Assembly: GCA_001189095.1 (NCBI GenBank)
Contig: LFCK01000001.1
Location: forward strand, 20,133 to 84,132
Direction of reading: 5' to 3'
DNA: 64,000 nucleotides
From: Parcubacteria bacterium C7867-001
GTDB taxonomy: Bacteria; Patescibacteriota; Minisyncoccia; Phycocordibacterales; Phycocordibacteraceae
Numbering within the stretch: position 1 is the stretch's first letter; the number at the start of each line of letters is the position of its first letter. The notes under the pieces were generated by a model, which did not search any database, had not been told where the DNA came from, and saw only the letters and a list, made by a program, of their open reading frames with translations. Below are positions 38,572 to 47,740 of the stretch, piece after piece. Made by a program: the position numbers and the translations under genes.

Positions 38572-39258
38572 ATGCCCGATTTCAAAGCATTCGGCGAGTC
38601 CATCGGAGTCTCCTTCGCTAACCTCGAACTTCTCATCGAGGCGCTTACGCATCGCTCCTATATAAATGAGCACAAGAGCGCGAAGAGCCACAACGAGCGC
38701 CTTGAGTTCCTTGGCGACGCCGTGCTCGAGCTCGCGACGACGCGCTTCCTGTTTGATAAATATCCTGAGAAGCCAGAGGGTGAATTGACTGCGTATCGCG
38801 CGGCGCTCGTAAACACCTTTTCCATCGCTGATGCAGCAGACGCACTCGGCGTTAACGACATGCTCCTTCTTTCAAAAGGTGAAAAGAAAGATACGGGACG
38901 TGCGCGCAAAATCATTCTCGCGAATGCATTCGAAGCAATCGTGGGCGCCATCTATCTCGATCAAGGGTACGAGGCAGCGGAAGCGTTCATCGCGAAGAAT
39001 CTCTACGCAAAGATAGAAGATGTGATCAAGGCGAAGAGTTACCAAGACGCCAAGAGTCGCTTCCAAGAAGCTTCTCAGGACAAGAAGGGCATCACGCCGC
39101 ACTACAAGACCATGGGCGAAGTCGGTCCCGATCACGATAAGCATTTTACGGTTGGCGTCTATCTTGGTGCGGACGAAATTGCGCGTGGCGAAGGGAAGAG
39201 TAAGCAAGAGGCGGAGCAGAGCGCGGCGCAGAACGCGCTTGACAAGACTGGTTGGTAA
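38572..39258 (+). CDS. rnc: Ribonuclease III
   Basis: LTHRSYINE....NERLEFLGDAVLEL is the RNase III signature. There is a C-terminal dsRBD. Confidence 0.85.
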   Translation: MPDFKAFGESIGVSFANLELLIEALTHRSYINEHKSAKSHNERLEFLGDAVLELATTRFLFDKYPEKPEGELTAYRAALVNTFSIADAADALGVNDMLLLSKGEKKDTGRARKIILANAFEAIVGAIYLDQGYEAAEAFIAKNLYAKIEDVIKAKSYQDAKSRFQEASQDKKGITPHYKTMGEVGPDHDKHFTVGVYLGADEIARGEGKSKQEAEQSAAQNALDKTGW

Positions 39259-39301
39259 AAGCATTGTGCCCACGTATCTGCGGTGAGGCAGTACGAGGAG
39301 A

Positions 39302-39508
39302 ATGTTCATGAAAAAGAAGAGGTTGGCATTCGCTGCGAGCATTTTGTTCGCATGGTTCTTCGCGGTTCAAACGAACGCCATTTCCACCATCGGTCCGTTC
39401 TGGACCAAGAAGGAATGTGAGGCTGCTGCGGTGAAGCTGGTCAACAAAACTCCCGGAGCTGTTCTTGCGCTTCCGTGCTGGGATGGTCCGCCCAATACTA
39501 TTGGGTAA
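39302..39508 (+). CDS. Small secreted protein (68 aa) with a signal peptide
   Basis: The N-terminus is MFMKKKRLAFAASILFAWFFAVQTNA. A strong terminator lies at 39513-39547. Confidence 0.5.
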   Translation: MFMKKKRLAFAASILFAWFFAVQTNAISTIGPFWTKKECEAAAVKLVNKTPGAVLALPCWDGPPNTIG

Positions 39509-39512
39509 TGGT

Positions 39513-39547
39513 AAAGCGCGCGCCTTTGGCGCGCGCGTTTTCTTTTT
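39513..39547 (+). terminator. Intrinsic terminator
   Basis: aaagcgcgcgcc-tttg-gcgcgcgcgttttcttttt. Confidence 0.7.
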
Positions 39548-39587
39548 GCGAGTTATATGAGAAGGTGCCGCAAGAAAGGAGGCAGTC

Positions 39588-39764
39588 ATGCCAAAGCTCT
39601 GCAAGCGTTGTGGCGGAGCCGGCTGGCTCTTCCGTGCTCTCGAAAAGCAAACAGAACTCCAGAAATCCCGTCAGTTCGGCAAAAGCCCGTTCGGACAGCG
39701 CCTCACGCGCTGCACCGACTGCGGCGGTTCCGGCATGAAGGGAAAGAAGGAGAAAAAGAAATAA
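39588..39764 (+). CDS. Small protein (58 aa) with two DnaJ-type CxxCxGxG zinc-finger motifs
   Basis: A GGAGG RBS lies 6 nt upstream. The sequence is MPKLCKRCGGAGWLF...CTDCGGSGMKGKKEKKK. A terminator lies at 39764-39798. The gene is in a different frame from the ORF listed in the ORF track. Confidence 0.55.
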   Translation: MPKLCKRCGGAGWLFRALEKQTELQKSRQFGKSPFGQRLTRCTDCGGSGMKGKKEKKK

Positions 39765-39852
39765 CGCGCGTCCTACAGGGCGCGCGTTCCTTTCGTTGAC
39801 AGATTGGTCGAATGCCGTAGCGTTATGCCTAGAAACAACTTAGGAGGTCATC

Positions 39853-40215
39853 GTGGACCATCTTGTGTTAGGCGTTCGGTCGGTCGGCATGGCTCTCATG
39901 TGGTCGGCGATTACGGCGATGCTGTACTTTCCGAATCATGACGGAATTACCTTTCCACTCGTTATTCTGAGCGGAATCATCTTCGGAGTTGGCGATTTCA
40001 TGCGCACAAATGTGCCGCCGCAAGCGCTCTTTGCAATGCTTGCGACCTGCGCGATTGTGGCCGTCCTCTTCTCATGCGTTCGTTTTCTTCCAGAACCGTA
40101 TCACTCCATCGCGCAATGGATTGCGCTCGGGTATGCGGTCATCGGGTGGATAATCGTGCTGCGTCGAGCTTGGCTCTTTGTCCGGGATAGCCGTGCAACG
40201 GCAACGCCCGTATAA
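39853..40215 (+). CDS. Hypothetical membrane protein (about 4 TM helices, GTG start)
   Basis: A GGAGG RBS lies 5 nt upstream of the GTG. The sequence has hydrophobic helices. A terminator lies at 40219-40254. Confidence 0.5.
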   Translation: MDHLVLGVRSVGMALMWSAITAMLYFPNHDGITFPLVILSGIIFGVGDFMRTNVPPQALFAMLATCAIVAVLFSCVRFLPEPYHSIAQWIALGYAVIGWIIVLRRAWLFVRDSRATATPV

Positions 40216-40252
40216 AATTGAAACCGCGCCCAAGGGGCGCGGTTTTTGTTTG

Positions 40253-40260
40253 TTATAATT
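40253..40260 (+). promoter_or_regulatory. Extended -10 element tgTTATAAT, 6 nt upstream of the smc start codon (suggests a leaderless smc mRNA)
   Basis: The hexamer TATAAT lies at 40255-40260 and the ATG at 40267. There is no Shine-Dalgarno sequence. Confidence 0.4.
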
Positions 40261-40266
40261 CCTGCA

Positions 40267-42477
40267 ATGCTCAAGCGGCTAGAAATTGCCGGGTTTAAGT
40301 CCTTTGCGCGCAAAACGTCGCTGGATTTTTCGTCATCCGTAACTTCTATCGTGGGCCCGAACGGCTCCGGAAAGTCGAATGTGGCCGAAGCGTTCCGCTT
40401 CGCGCTCGGCGAGCAATCGATGAAGTCCATGCGTGGAAAGCGTAGTGAAGATCTCATCTGGAGCGGCTCCCATTCCATGTCGCGCTCTAATCGCGCTTCG
40501 GTCGCCATCGTTTTTGATAATCGTAAGAAAATATTCCCGAAGCTCGAGTTCGATGAAGTGACCATTGAACGCGCGGTCTTCCGCGACGGTCAGAGCGAAT
40601 ACCTCGTGAATGGCTCAAAGGTTCGTCTCCGCGATGTTCAAGAACTTCTTGCGAGCGCGAATGTGGGTGACACCGGTCACCACATCATTTCTCAGGGAGA
40701 AGCGGATCGCATTCTTCTTGCGTCGCCGCAGGATCGCCGCGCAATGCTCGAAGACGCGCTTGGCCTCACTGCATTTGAATTCAAGAAGCAGGACGCCATC
40801 AGAAAACTTGAGAAGACGGAAGAGAATGTTCGCCAAGTTGAAGCACTGCGACGTGAGCTCGTGCCGCACGTCCGTTTCTTGAGCAAGCAGGTCGAGAAGC
40901 TCGACCGTGCTGAAGAGCTCCGTAAGCAGCTCGCGCAAGCGTGTCAGGAATATTTTGCGATTGAAGAGCTCTATATCGAAGTGGAGAAGACGCGCACTGC
41001 GGCAGCGAAGTCCGCTGCAGGGGAACGTCTTGCAGCTGCGGTCGCTGAGCTCGGTCGTTTCGGGAGTCGTCTTTCAGGAGATCCGGAAGGAATGAAGTAT
41101 TCGGAAACCGTGCGTCAGGCGGAGCGCGATGTTGACCGTATTCTCGAAGAGCGCGCAGAGCTTTCTCGAGAAATAGGCCGACTCGAAGGCGCGCTTGAAG
41201 AAGCAAAGAAGCGAAGTGTTGAGACTGCTCGGGATCCGTATGTGAAAGTCCCGCGCGAAGATTTCGCACTCCTTAAGAATGAGGTGGAGAAGCAGTCGAA
41301 TCTTGGAGATGATGCAGATCCGTCCGCACTCCGAGCTGCGCTCATGTCGCTCCGCGCTGCGGTGACCGCATTCTTCTCGCGCTTCGGAAATCCGAATGAC
41401 GACCTCATGGCGGATGAAGAGCGAGCGGTCGCACGTCTTGAGAACGAACGTTCGCTCCTCATGGAAAAGGACGCGCATCTTGCGGAAAGTGTGGAGCGTG
41501 CGAAAAAGCACCTCGCGAAGTCCCGTGAAGCATCGATGTCATACGAAGAGACGGGTCGCGAACAGCAGTTCCGCGTTCTTGATCTTGCGGAAACGAAAGC
41601 GAAAGAAGAAGCGCAGGTTGTGCGCGAGGAAGCGCGCGAGAAGGAACTTGAATACTTGCGTAGCGATCTTGAGCAGAGTCGTGCAGAAGCACTTCAGCTC
41701 GCTGGAAGCGAGGCATTTTCATACACAAAACTTTCGGAACTCCCGAAGGAAGAGCGTCGAACACAGGAAGACCGAAAGCGTGTTCTCGAGCGCCTTAAAA
41801 TTCGCGTCGAAGAGGCGGGTGGTACGGGCGAAGACGTTCGCAAAGAGCATAAGGACGCGACCGAGCGTGAAGCGTTTCTTGCCCACGAGCTCGACGACCT
41901 TGCGAAGTCCGCACAAGGACTCCGCGACCTTATTGCCGATCTTGATCTTGAACTCTCGAAGAATTTCGCCGAAGGCCTTAAGAGTGTGAATCAATCATTC
42001 ACAGAATTCTTCTCGCTCATGTTTGGTGGTGGTGGCGCGCGTCTCATGCTTGAAGAGGCGTCAAACGATGATGAAGAAGATGAAGAGAATGAGTTTGACG
42101 ATCAACCGAAAAAGCAGAAGAAGGCAGGCATCGAGGTGCAGGTGAGTCTCCCGAAAAAGCGTGTGCAGTCCTTGGTGCAGCTCTCAGGAGGTGAGCGTGC
42201 GCTCACTTCAATAGCACTTATTTTTGCGATGAGTCAGGTAAACCCGCCACCGTTCCTCATCCTCGACGAAACGGACGCGGCGCTTGATGAAGCGAACAGC
42301 CGACGCTACGGCGATATGATCGAAGCGCTTGCGAAGCGTTCCCAGCTCGTCGTCATCACCCACAATCGCGAAACCATGAGTCGTGCAGGCATCCTCTACG
42401 GCGTAACGATGGGTTCCGACGGCGTGTCGAAACTCCTCTCCGTGAAGTTCGAAGAAGCAGCTGCCGTTGCAAAATAA
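40267..42477 (+). CDS. smc: SMC-family chromosome segregation ATPase, shortened (737 aa, no obvious hinge)
   Basis: The N-terminus has FKSFARKTSLDFSSSVTSIVGPNGSGKSNVAEAFRFALGEQSMKSMRG (Walker A). The C-terminus has LSGGERALTSIALIFA (signature) and LDETDAALD (Walker B). The central region is coiled-coil only. Confidence 0.75.
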   Translation: MLKRLEIAGFKSFARKTSLDFSSSVTSIVGPNGSGKSNVAEAFRFALGEQSMKSMRGKRSEDLIWSGSHSMSRSNRASVAIVFDNRKKIFPKLEFDEVTIERAVFRDGQSEYLVNGSKVRLRDVQELLASANVGDTGHHIISQGEADRILLASPQDRRAMLEDALGLTAFEFKKQDAIRKLEKTEENVRQVEALRRELVPHVRFLSKQVEKLDRAEELRKQLAQACQEYFAIEELYIEVEKTRTAAAKSAAGERLAAAVAELGRFGSRLSGDPEGMKYSETVRQAERDVDRILEERAELSREIGRLEGALEEAKKRSVETARDPYVKVPREDFALLKNEVEKQSNLGDDADPSALRAALMSLRAAVTAFFSRFGNPNDDLMADEERAVARLENERSLLMEKDAHLAESVERAKKHLAKSREASMSYEETGREQQFRVLDLAETKAKEEAQVVREEAREKELEYLRSDLEQSRAEALQLAGSEAFSYTKLSELPKEERRTQEDRKRVLERLKIRVEEAGGTGEDVRKEHKDATEREAFLAHELDDLAKSAQGLRDLIADLDLELSKNFAEGLKSVNQSFTEFFSLMFGGGGARLMLEEASNDDEEDEENEFDDQPKKQKKAGIEVQVSLPKKRVQSLVQLSGGERALTSIALIFAMSQVNPPPFLILDETDAALDEANSRRYGDMIEALAKRSQLVVITHNRETMSRAGILYGVTMGSDGVSKLLSVKFEEAAAVAK

Positions 42478-42510
42478 AAACCGCGCCAGCATAGCTGGCG
42501 CGGCATTTTC
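42476..42510. terminator. Bidirectional terminator (smc / minus-strand hypothetical)
   Basis: aaaataaaaaccgcgccagc-ata-gctggcgcggcattttc. Confidence 0.65.
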
Positions 42511-42847
42511 ACACATCGGCGAGAATGTCCGGAAACTCTCTCGCTAAGAAAGCGTCGAATACTCCTTCGCGCCCCTTTCTGAAATCGCGGTGCTGCGCCT
42601 TTTCAGATTCGCGGCGCCACAGTTTGCGTTCACGAAGATACTGCTTCACGAAGGCGACGAACTCGCGCGCGTCGTCCTCGTCCCAGAAATGGGCGAGTTC
42701 GATATCGTCTTGCGAGACGACGATAAATCCCCAGCCCGATGGCCGGACAGTCCACGGCTGCGGATATCGCCTGCAGGTCTGTTCGAAGACTTCTTTGAGG
42801 AAGTCGACCTTCTTTGTTCGCGAAAGGGTAAGTTGTTTCTTGGCCAT
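42509..42847 (-). CDS. Hypothetical protein (112 aa)
   Basis: A GGAGG RBS lies 7 nt upstream on the minus strand. The gene shares a bidirectional terminator with smc. Confidence 0.5.
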   Translation of the reverse strand: MAKKQLTLSRTKKVDFLKEVFEQTCRRYPQPWTVRPSGWGFIVVSQDDIELAHFWDEDDAREFVAFVKQYLRERKLWRRESEKAQHRDFRKGREGVFDAFLAREFPDILADV

Positions 42848-42893
42848 GAGCGGCCTCCTTTCTTCGTGTCTATCTGCACGGTATCATGCGGAA

Positions 42894-43244
42894 ATGGAAA
42901 AACACACCGGCGGATGTCACTGCACAAAAGTCCGTTACGAAGTTGAGCTGGATCTCACAAGGCCGGTCCTCGACTGCAATTGCTCGCACTGCGCTATAAA
43001 AGGCCTACTGCTCGCATTCGTGCCAGAATCGCAATTTACCCTCCTTTCAGGAGCGGATGATCTCGAGACCTACAAATTCAGCAAAGGCCACATCTCGCAC
43101 ATGGCTTGCAAGAGTTGCGGCGTGCAGCCGTTCGGAAAAGGGATGGGGAAGGATGGGCCAATGGTCGCGATAAACGTCCGTACGCTCGACGACGTCGACC
43201 TCAAGTCTCTTACGTACAACGAATTCAACGGAAAGGACCTCTAG
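42894..43244 (+). CDS. GFA-family protein (glutathione-dependent formaldehyde-activating/CENP-V-like zinc domain)
   Basis: GGCHCTKVRYEV...CNCSHC is the GFA Cys-ligand pattern. The ORF-track start at 42525 would overlap the minus-strand gene. Confidence 0.65.
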   Translation: MEKHTGGCHCTKVRYEVELDLTRPVLDCNCSHCAIKGLLLAFVPESQFTLLSGADDLETYKFSKGHISHMACKSCGVQPFGKGMGKDGPMVAINVRTLDDVDLKSLTYNEFNGKDL

Positions 43245-43347
43245 GCCACCTTACGAGTTCGGCGTCGAGCACTCTTTTGCAGTTTCGGGTGCACTCGACA
43301 AATAATTATATTCGGGTTATAGAAGTACTGGAAGCCCATTAGGGGTT

Positions 43348-43866
43348 TTGCAAACGCCAACAGGAGAATTCTTAGTGGCAGATGAAACTACCGTAGATAC
43401 CCCCGAACCTAAGGGTAAGGGAGGGTGGACCGCGCTCGCCGTAGTGGCGGCTCTCCTTCTCCTCATTGCCTTGGCTATAGGAGGCTATACGATCTATATG
43501 AAAAACGGTGGGCAAAATCCTTTTGCCAAACCTGCGCCGGTTGCCTCTAAAGAAGCAATCGCGTTCGGTGAACGTTGCGCTGGCGCCGGACTCTCTCAGG
43601 ACTGCGCCGGTACGTATGTGTTCGTGAAGGGCAATCCTCGGCCGTATGTGATCGGCGAGTCATCGCTCTATAACGACATCGTCTGGTTCGACGCTCTCGC
43701 GAAGAACAAGTTCGTCGATGTCGAGCGCGTCGTCTCGCCGCGCTGCGGCCCCGAAGGCAGCGACTATGAAAAAGTCGTCTGCGAGTACAACGGCATCAAG
43801 CCCAAGCCGCCGGCGCCGGCAGCCGGTAGCGCTGCGCCCGTAAAGCCAGCCGCTCCGCCAAGCTAA
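43348..43866 (+). CDS. Membrane-anchored hypothetical protein with a Pro/Ala-rich C-terminus
   Basis: There is an N-terminal anchor (WTALAVVAALLLLIALAIGGYTIY). A terminator lies at 43886-43925. Confidence 0.5.
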   Translation: MQTPTGEFLVADETTVDTPEPKGKGGWTALAVVAALLLLIALAIGGYTIYMKNGGQNPFAKPAPVASKEAIAFGERCAGAGLSQDCAGTYVFVKGNPRPYVIGESSLYNDIVWFDALAKNKFVDVERVVSPRCGPEGSDYEKVVCEYNGIKPKPPAPAAGSAAPVKPAAPPS

Positions 43867-43885
43867 TCCGATCGCTCCGCGATTC

Positions 43886-43925
43886 GGAAAACCCGCTGCA
43901 GAAATGCAGCGGGTTTTTGTTATTT
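43886..43925. terminator. Bidirectional terminator (membrane protein gene / rnr)
   Basis: gaaaacccgctgca-gaaa-tgcagcgggtttttgttatttc. Confidence 0.7.
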
Positions 43926-45887
43926 CACGAGTTCAAAATCGAGTTCGCGTTCGAAGGGCCGTGCGGCAATAAGGCGTACACGTATCGGGTCGCCAAGTGC
44001 GTATTCCTTCTTCGTACGCTCGCCCACAAGGCGATAACGCTTTTCATCAAAGGTGTAGTAGTCGTCGCCGATTGAGTTGATGCGCACCATACCGTCTGCG
44101 CGCGTCGACTGTTCTTCCACGTAGAAACCGTTTGCCGTGACGCCGGAAATAACCGCATCGAATTCGGTTCCAATCTTGTCCATGAGGAACTCGACCTGCT
44201 TGAGCTTGATCGAGTCGCGTTCTGCTTCCGAAGCAGAGACTTCGCGTTCGCTTGAGTGGACCGCGAGACGCTCGAGCTCATCGAGCTCTTTCTTGGTGAC
44301 CTCGTCGCCATGCTCGATGTGCTTCACCATGCGGTGCACGAGAAGGTCCGGATAGCGGCGAATCGGTGAGGTGAAGTGCGTGTAGTGCGAAAAGGCGAGA
44401 CCAAAGTGGCCATTGTTCTTCGTCGTATAAATAGCCTTGCTCATCGAGCGAAGGGTCGCGCTCTTAATGAGATATTCTTCCGGCTTTCCTTTCACCTGTT
44501 CGAGGAGCTGATTAAGGTCCGTACCTTTCACTTGGCCGGCGCCCGTGACTGGCAGGTTATAGCCGAGAACTTTGAGGAACGCCGCAAGATTTTCGATGCG
44601 TTCTGCGTCTGGAACATCGTGCACGCGATAAATGACGCCATTCGCAAGACCTTTTTTCTTGGTCGTCTTTTCCAAATGCTCCGCAACCGCTTCGTTTGCA
44701 AGAAGCATGAAGTCTTCGATGAGGAGATTCGTCGCTTTGCGTTCCTTGAGGCGGATAGCGATTGGCTTGCCGTTCTCATCGAGTTCGATTTTCACTTCGG
44801 CGGTGTCGAATTCAATAGCGCCCTTCTTCACGCGGCGTGCGCGGATCTTGTCCGCAAGCGTTTTAAGAATAGTGAGCTCTTTGAAGAGTTCGCCTTCGCC
44901 CTTGTCGAGCACTTCCTGCGCGTTTTCGTATGTAAATCGTTTATCCGAGTGAATGACCGTCTCACCGAACCATGTCTCAATGATGCCGGCATCCTTGTCG
45001 AGTGTGAACACGGCAGAGACAGCGAGACGATCGAGGTCAGGATTAAGTGAGCAGAGATTGGTGGAGAGGACGTGCGGAAGCATTGGAATGGTGCGATCAA
45101 CGAGGTACACGCTCGTTGCGCGGTTGCGGCCTTCTGCGTCGATTTCGGTACCGGGGACGACAAAATGCGAGACGTCCGCGATATGCACGCCGATTTCAAA
45201 ATTTCCATCAGGAAGCTCTTTCACTGAAAGCGCGTCGTCGAAGTCTTTTGCATCGAAGGGGTCAATAGTGAAGGTCGTGGTGCCGCGGAAGTCCTTGCGG
45301 CGCGGGTCTTTTGCACCGGCGTCGAGCATTGCTTGGCCGTTCTTTTCGAGTTCTTCCGCTTCTTTCTTTACGCCGGGAGGGAAGTCAGAGTGGAATCCTT
45401 GCGCGAGTGCGACGGCGCGCATTTCGACGTCGTGGTCGCCCGCGATACCAATAACTTCTTTCACCGTGCCCCACGGGAAACGGGCTCCTGCGTCCCAGCC
45501 GCCAAGCGTAATAAGCACTTTGTAGCCGAACGGGGGATTCTCACCGCGCACTTCAAACGGCACGTACATCTTCTTCCAGTCGGGAATCAGAATGGCCTTG
45601 AACTGGCTTGCATCTTCTGGCTTCGGTTCGATGAGTTTACCGACGAATTCCGTGCGAGCGCGCGTGACTATTTCGAGCACTTTGCCCGCTTCCCGCTTCC
45701 CGCCCGAACGGCGGTCTTCAATGAAGCCGACTGATTGCACTTTCACGATGTCGTAGGGGAATGCGCCGCCGAGGTCATCAGCTTGGATGATGAAGTCCTC
45801 CTTGCCGTTTTCCCGCGCAAAAAAGCCCGTGCCGCTTCGCGTCACGGAAATCACTCCTTCATATATCGTTTCGTCCTTTGCGGCCAT
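43920..45887 (-). CDS. rnr: Ribonuclease R (RNB-family 3'-5' exoribonuclease with a C-terminal S1 domain)
   Basis: HFGLAFSHYTHFTSPIRRYPDLLVHR is the RNB catalytic motif. Confidence 0.85.
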   Translation of the reverse strand: MAAKDETIYEGVISVTRSGTGFFARENGKEDFIIQADDLGGAFPYDIVKVQSVGFIEDRRSGGKREAGKVLEIVTRARTEFVGKLIEPKPEDASQFKAILIPDWKKMYVPFEVRGENPPFGYKVLITLGGWDAGARFPWGTVKEVIGIAGDHDVEMRAVALAQGFHSDFPPGVKKEAEELEKNGQAMLDAGAKDPRRKDFRGTTTFTIDPFDAKDFDDALSVKELPDGNFEIGVHIADVSHFVVPGTEIDAEGRNRATSVYLVDRTIPMLPHVLSTNLCSLNPDLDRLAVSAVFTLDKDAGIIETWFGETVIHSDKRFTYENAQEVLDKGEGELFKELTILKTLADKIRARRVKKGAIEFDTAEVKIELDENGKPIAIRLKERKATNLLIEDFMLLANEAVAEHLEKTTKKKGLANGVIYRVHDVPDAERIENLAAFLKVLGYNLPVTGAGQVKGTDLNQLLEQVKGKPEEYLIKSATLRSMSKAIYTTKNNGHFGLAFSHYTHFTSPIRRYPDLLVHRMVKHIEHGDEVTKKELDELERLAVHSSEREVSASEAERDSIKLKQVEFLMDKIGTEFDAVISGVTANGFYVEEQSTRADGMVRINSIGDDYYTFDEKRYRLVGERTKKEYALGDPIRVRLIAARPFERELDFELVK

Positions 45888-45952
45888 TTACGCCTAAAAT
45901 ATAGCATCTTCCGCATATATCGACACGAAATGAGGCGCGTGGCATAGTCTTT

Positions 45953-46297
45953 TTGGAGTTCTCTGGAAATGACTCCTTGGAAAGGTTTTTACCAATGGGA
46001 GAAGTTAGTTTGGGGGCGATGTCGATCGCATTCTTGTGGTTTGCAGGAATTGTCGGCGTTTTTGCCCTCTGGATGTCGTTCGTCGAAAGTTGGCCGAACG
46101 CTCAGATGTTCACACCGATGTGGTTCGGCGGGGCATTCGCTCTCGCGGGCGCCGCGCTGCTTTCCGCAGCCAAAACGACCTACCCGATGCTGTGTGCAGG
46201 CGCCGTCCTGTGCGGCATCGGAATCATCTTCATGAGCGTGTATCTGCACGTTTTCGTGAAAGCGGGGTACCAGCGGGTTACCTATAAAACCTACTGA
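45953..46297 (+). CDS. Small hypothetical membrane protein
   Basis: Hydrophobic helices are present. A terminator lies at 46300-46338. A likely internal start MGEVSL lies near 45995. Confidence 0.4.
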   Translation: MEFSGNDSLERFLPMGEVSLGAMSIAFLWFAGIVGVFALWMSFVESWPNAQMFTPMWFGGAFALAGAALLSAAKTTYPMLCAGAVLCGIGIIFMSVYLHVFVKAGYQRVTYKTY

Positions 46298-46374
46298 CCA
46301 AAGGCGCCTCGGATGTATCCGAGGCGCCTCTTTATTTGACCAAAAGCCCCTATTTTGGTACTCTCCACGGACAT

Positions 46375-46815
46375 ATGTTGATGATCCGCTTTCAGCGAAT
46401 TGGCCGCAAGAATGATCCGGCTTTTCGTATTGTCGTACTCCCGAAGACCTCGGGCCCTAAAGCTGGTACCTATACCGACCTCATCGGTACCTACAACCCG
46501 AAGACCAAGGAATTTAAGATCGAAGCAGACCGCCTCAAGGACTGGATGAGCAAGGGTGCCCAGCTTTCCCCAAGCCTTTCGAACCTCCTCATTGATAAGA
46601 AGATCATCGAAGGTAAGAAGGTGAATGTCCTTCCGAAGAAGTCTCCTATCAAGGATCCTGAAGCTGAAGCAAAGGCTGCTGCAGCGGCCGCAGCAGCAGC
46701 TGCGCCGGTTGTTGCTGAGGCAGCTCCTGAAGTTGTTGAAGAAGCGCCCGCTGAAGCTCCGGTTGAAGAGGCAGCTCCTGCTGAGGAAGTTGCACCTGCC
46801 GAAGCTGCGGCATAA
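46375..46815 (+). CDS. rpsP: Ribosomal protein S16 with an Ala/Glu/Pro-rich C-terminal extension
   Basis: MIRFQRIGRKNDPAFRIVV matches the S16 N-terminus. The C-terminal tail is low-complexity AAAAAAAAAPVVAEAAPE. Confidence 0.8.
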   Translation: MLMIRFQRIGRKNDPAFRIVVLPKTSGPKAGTYTDLIGTYNPKTKEFKIEADRLKDWMSKGAQLSPSLSNLLIDKKIIEGKKVNVLPKKSPIKDPEAEAKAAAAAAAAAAPVVAEAAPEVVEEAPAEAPVEEAAPAEEVAPAEAAA

Positions 46816-46848
46816 CCGCGCGCGCTACGCGCGCGTCATTACTTTTCT

Positions 46849-47172
46849 ATGGATATGGATGTAACGAATGCAAAGGAATTTCTTGAATACGTGATACGCC
46901 AGCTCGTCGATCATCCGGACGAGGTTTCGATCGTTCCGACACTCGACAACTTCGGCGTCCTCCTCACCCTCAAAGTCCACAAGGACGATATGGGCAAGCT
47001 CATCGGTAAGGGAGGCAAGTTCGCTACCGAAACCATTCGCCCGCTTATGAAAGCCTACGGCTACAAGCATGGTGCAAACATTAGCGTGAAGCTCGCAGAA
47101 CCGGTTGGCGGCAAGCGCTACAGCGAAGCGCCAGAACTTAAGTCGGTAGACGAAGCATTGGGCGAGCTATAA
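46849..47172 (+). CDS. khpA: KH-domain RNA-binding protein (KhpA/YlqC-like)
   Basis: KLIGKGGKFATETIRPL carries the GxxG KH motif. The position after rpsP is conserved. Confidence 0.7.
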   Translation: MDMDVTNAKEFLEYVIRQLVDHPDEVSIVPTLDNFGVLLTLKVHKDDMGKLIGKGGKFATETIRPLMKAYGYKHGANISVKLAEPVGGKRYSEAPELKSVDEALGEL

Positions 47173-47182
47173 TTCTTTATAT

Positions 47183-47740
47183 ATGACTACGACTCGTGGA
47201 TTCGCGTTCATAACGGTACTCATTGCCGTTGCTGGTCTTTTGATGCTCGGTGGGACCGCGTACGTCGTTACGCAGGATTCGATGAAAGCTCCGGCGGATC
47301 AGGTCGCTACGATGGAAGAGAAGCATGTGCAGACGGCGCCCGGGGATCATCCAGAAGTTGATCATGATGCCAATGGTGGCGTAGCGGCATCTGCCACAGG
47401 AAAAATCGGCATTAACTGGAAGTTTGAGAGCGCGGGCGAAAAGGACTATGTTCCGCAAACCAAAGTCACGGCGATAGTAAGCAGCAAGCCGCATGTCGTC
47501 GGTGTATTCGCGGGTACCTGTTCTGAAATAGGACCGTCAGGCGGCGTTGATGGGAAAGGTCTTCTCGCCGGCGAACTTTCTGGCGTTCAATGCTGGTATG
47601 CAGGAGGCGGCAATGAAATCGGTCTCTTCGCGATAGAGGACGGCGGCGTCGAAATCATGGTTGGCGAACTCGATGAAGGCAGTGCTGAGAATGCCGGTGT
47701 CCGCGGTAACTTCAAGATTCGCACCGACATCAAGCTCTAA
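47183..47740 (+). CDS. Membrane-anchored hypothetical protein occupying the usual rimM slot
   Basis: There is an N-terminal anchor (FAFITVLIAVAGLLMLGG). No PRC-barrel/RimM motifs are recognised. Its stop overlaps the trmD start as TAATG. Confidence 0.5.
   Translation: MTTTRGFAFITVLIAVAGLLMLGGTAYVVTQDSMKAPADQVATMEEKHVQTAPGDHPEVDHDANGGVAASATGKIGINWKFESAGEKDYVPQTKVTAIVSSKPHVVGVFAGTCSEIGPSGGVDGKGLLAGELSGVQCWYAGGGNEIGLFAIEDGGVEIMVGELDEGSAENAGVRGNFKIRTDIKL

Noticed and set aside
44376-45050. A 224-aa plus-strand ORF inside rnr, and similar ORFs at 20508-21023 and 21517-22188 inside the GT2 and PheRS genes
   Set aside because: They are antisense to well-supported conserved genes.
47183-47740. Calling the protein MTTTRGFAFITVLIAVAGLL... 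a second type IV pilin
   Set aside because: The N-terminus lacks the conserved Glu5 and the G-F-T-L-I-E pattern that the pilin at 215-709 has. It is more likely a simple signal anchor.
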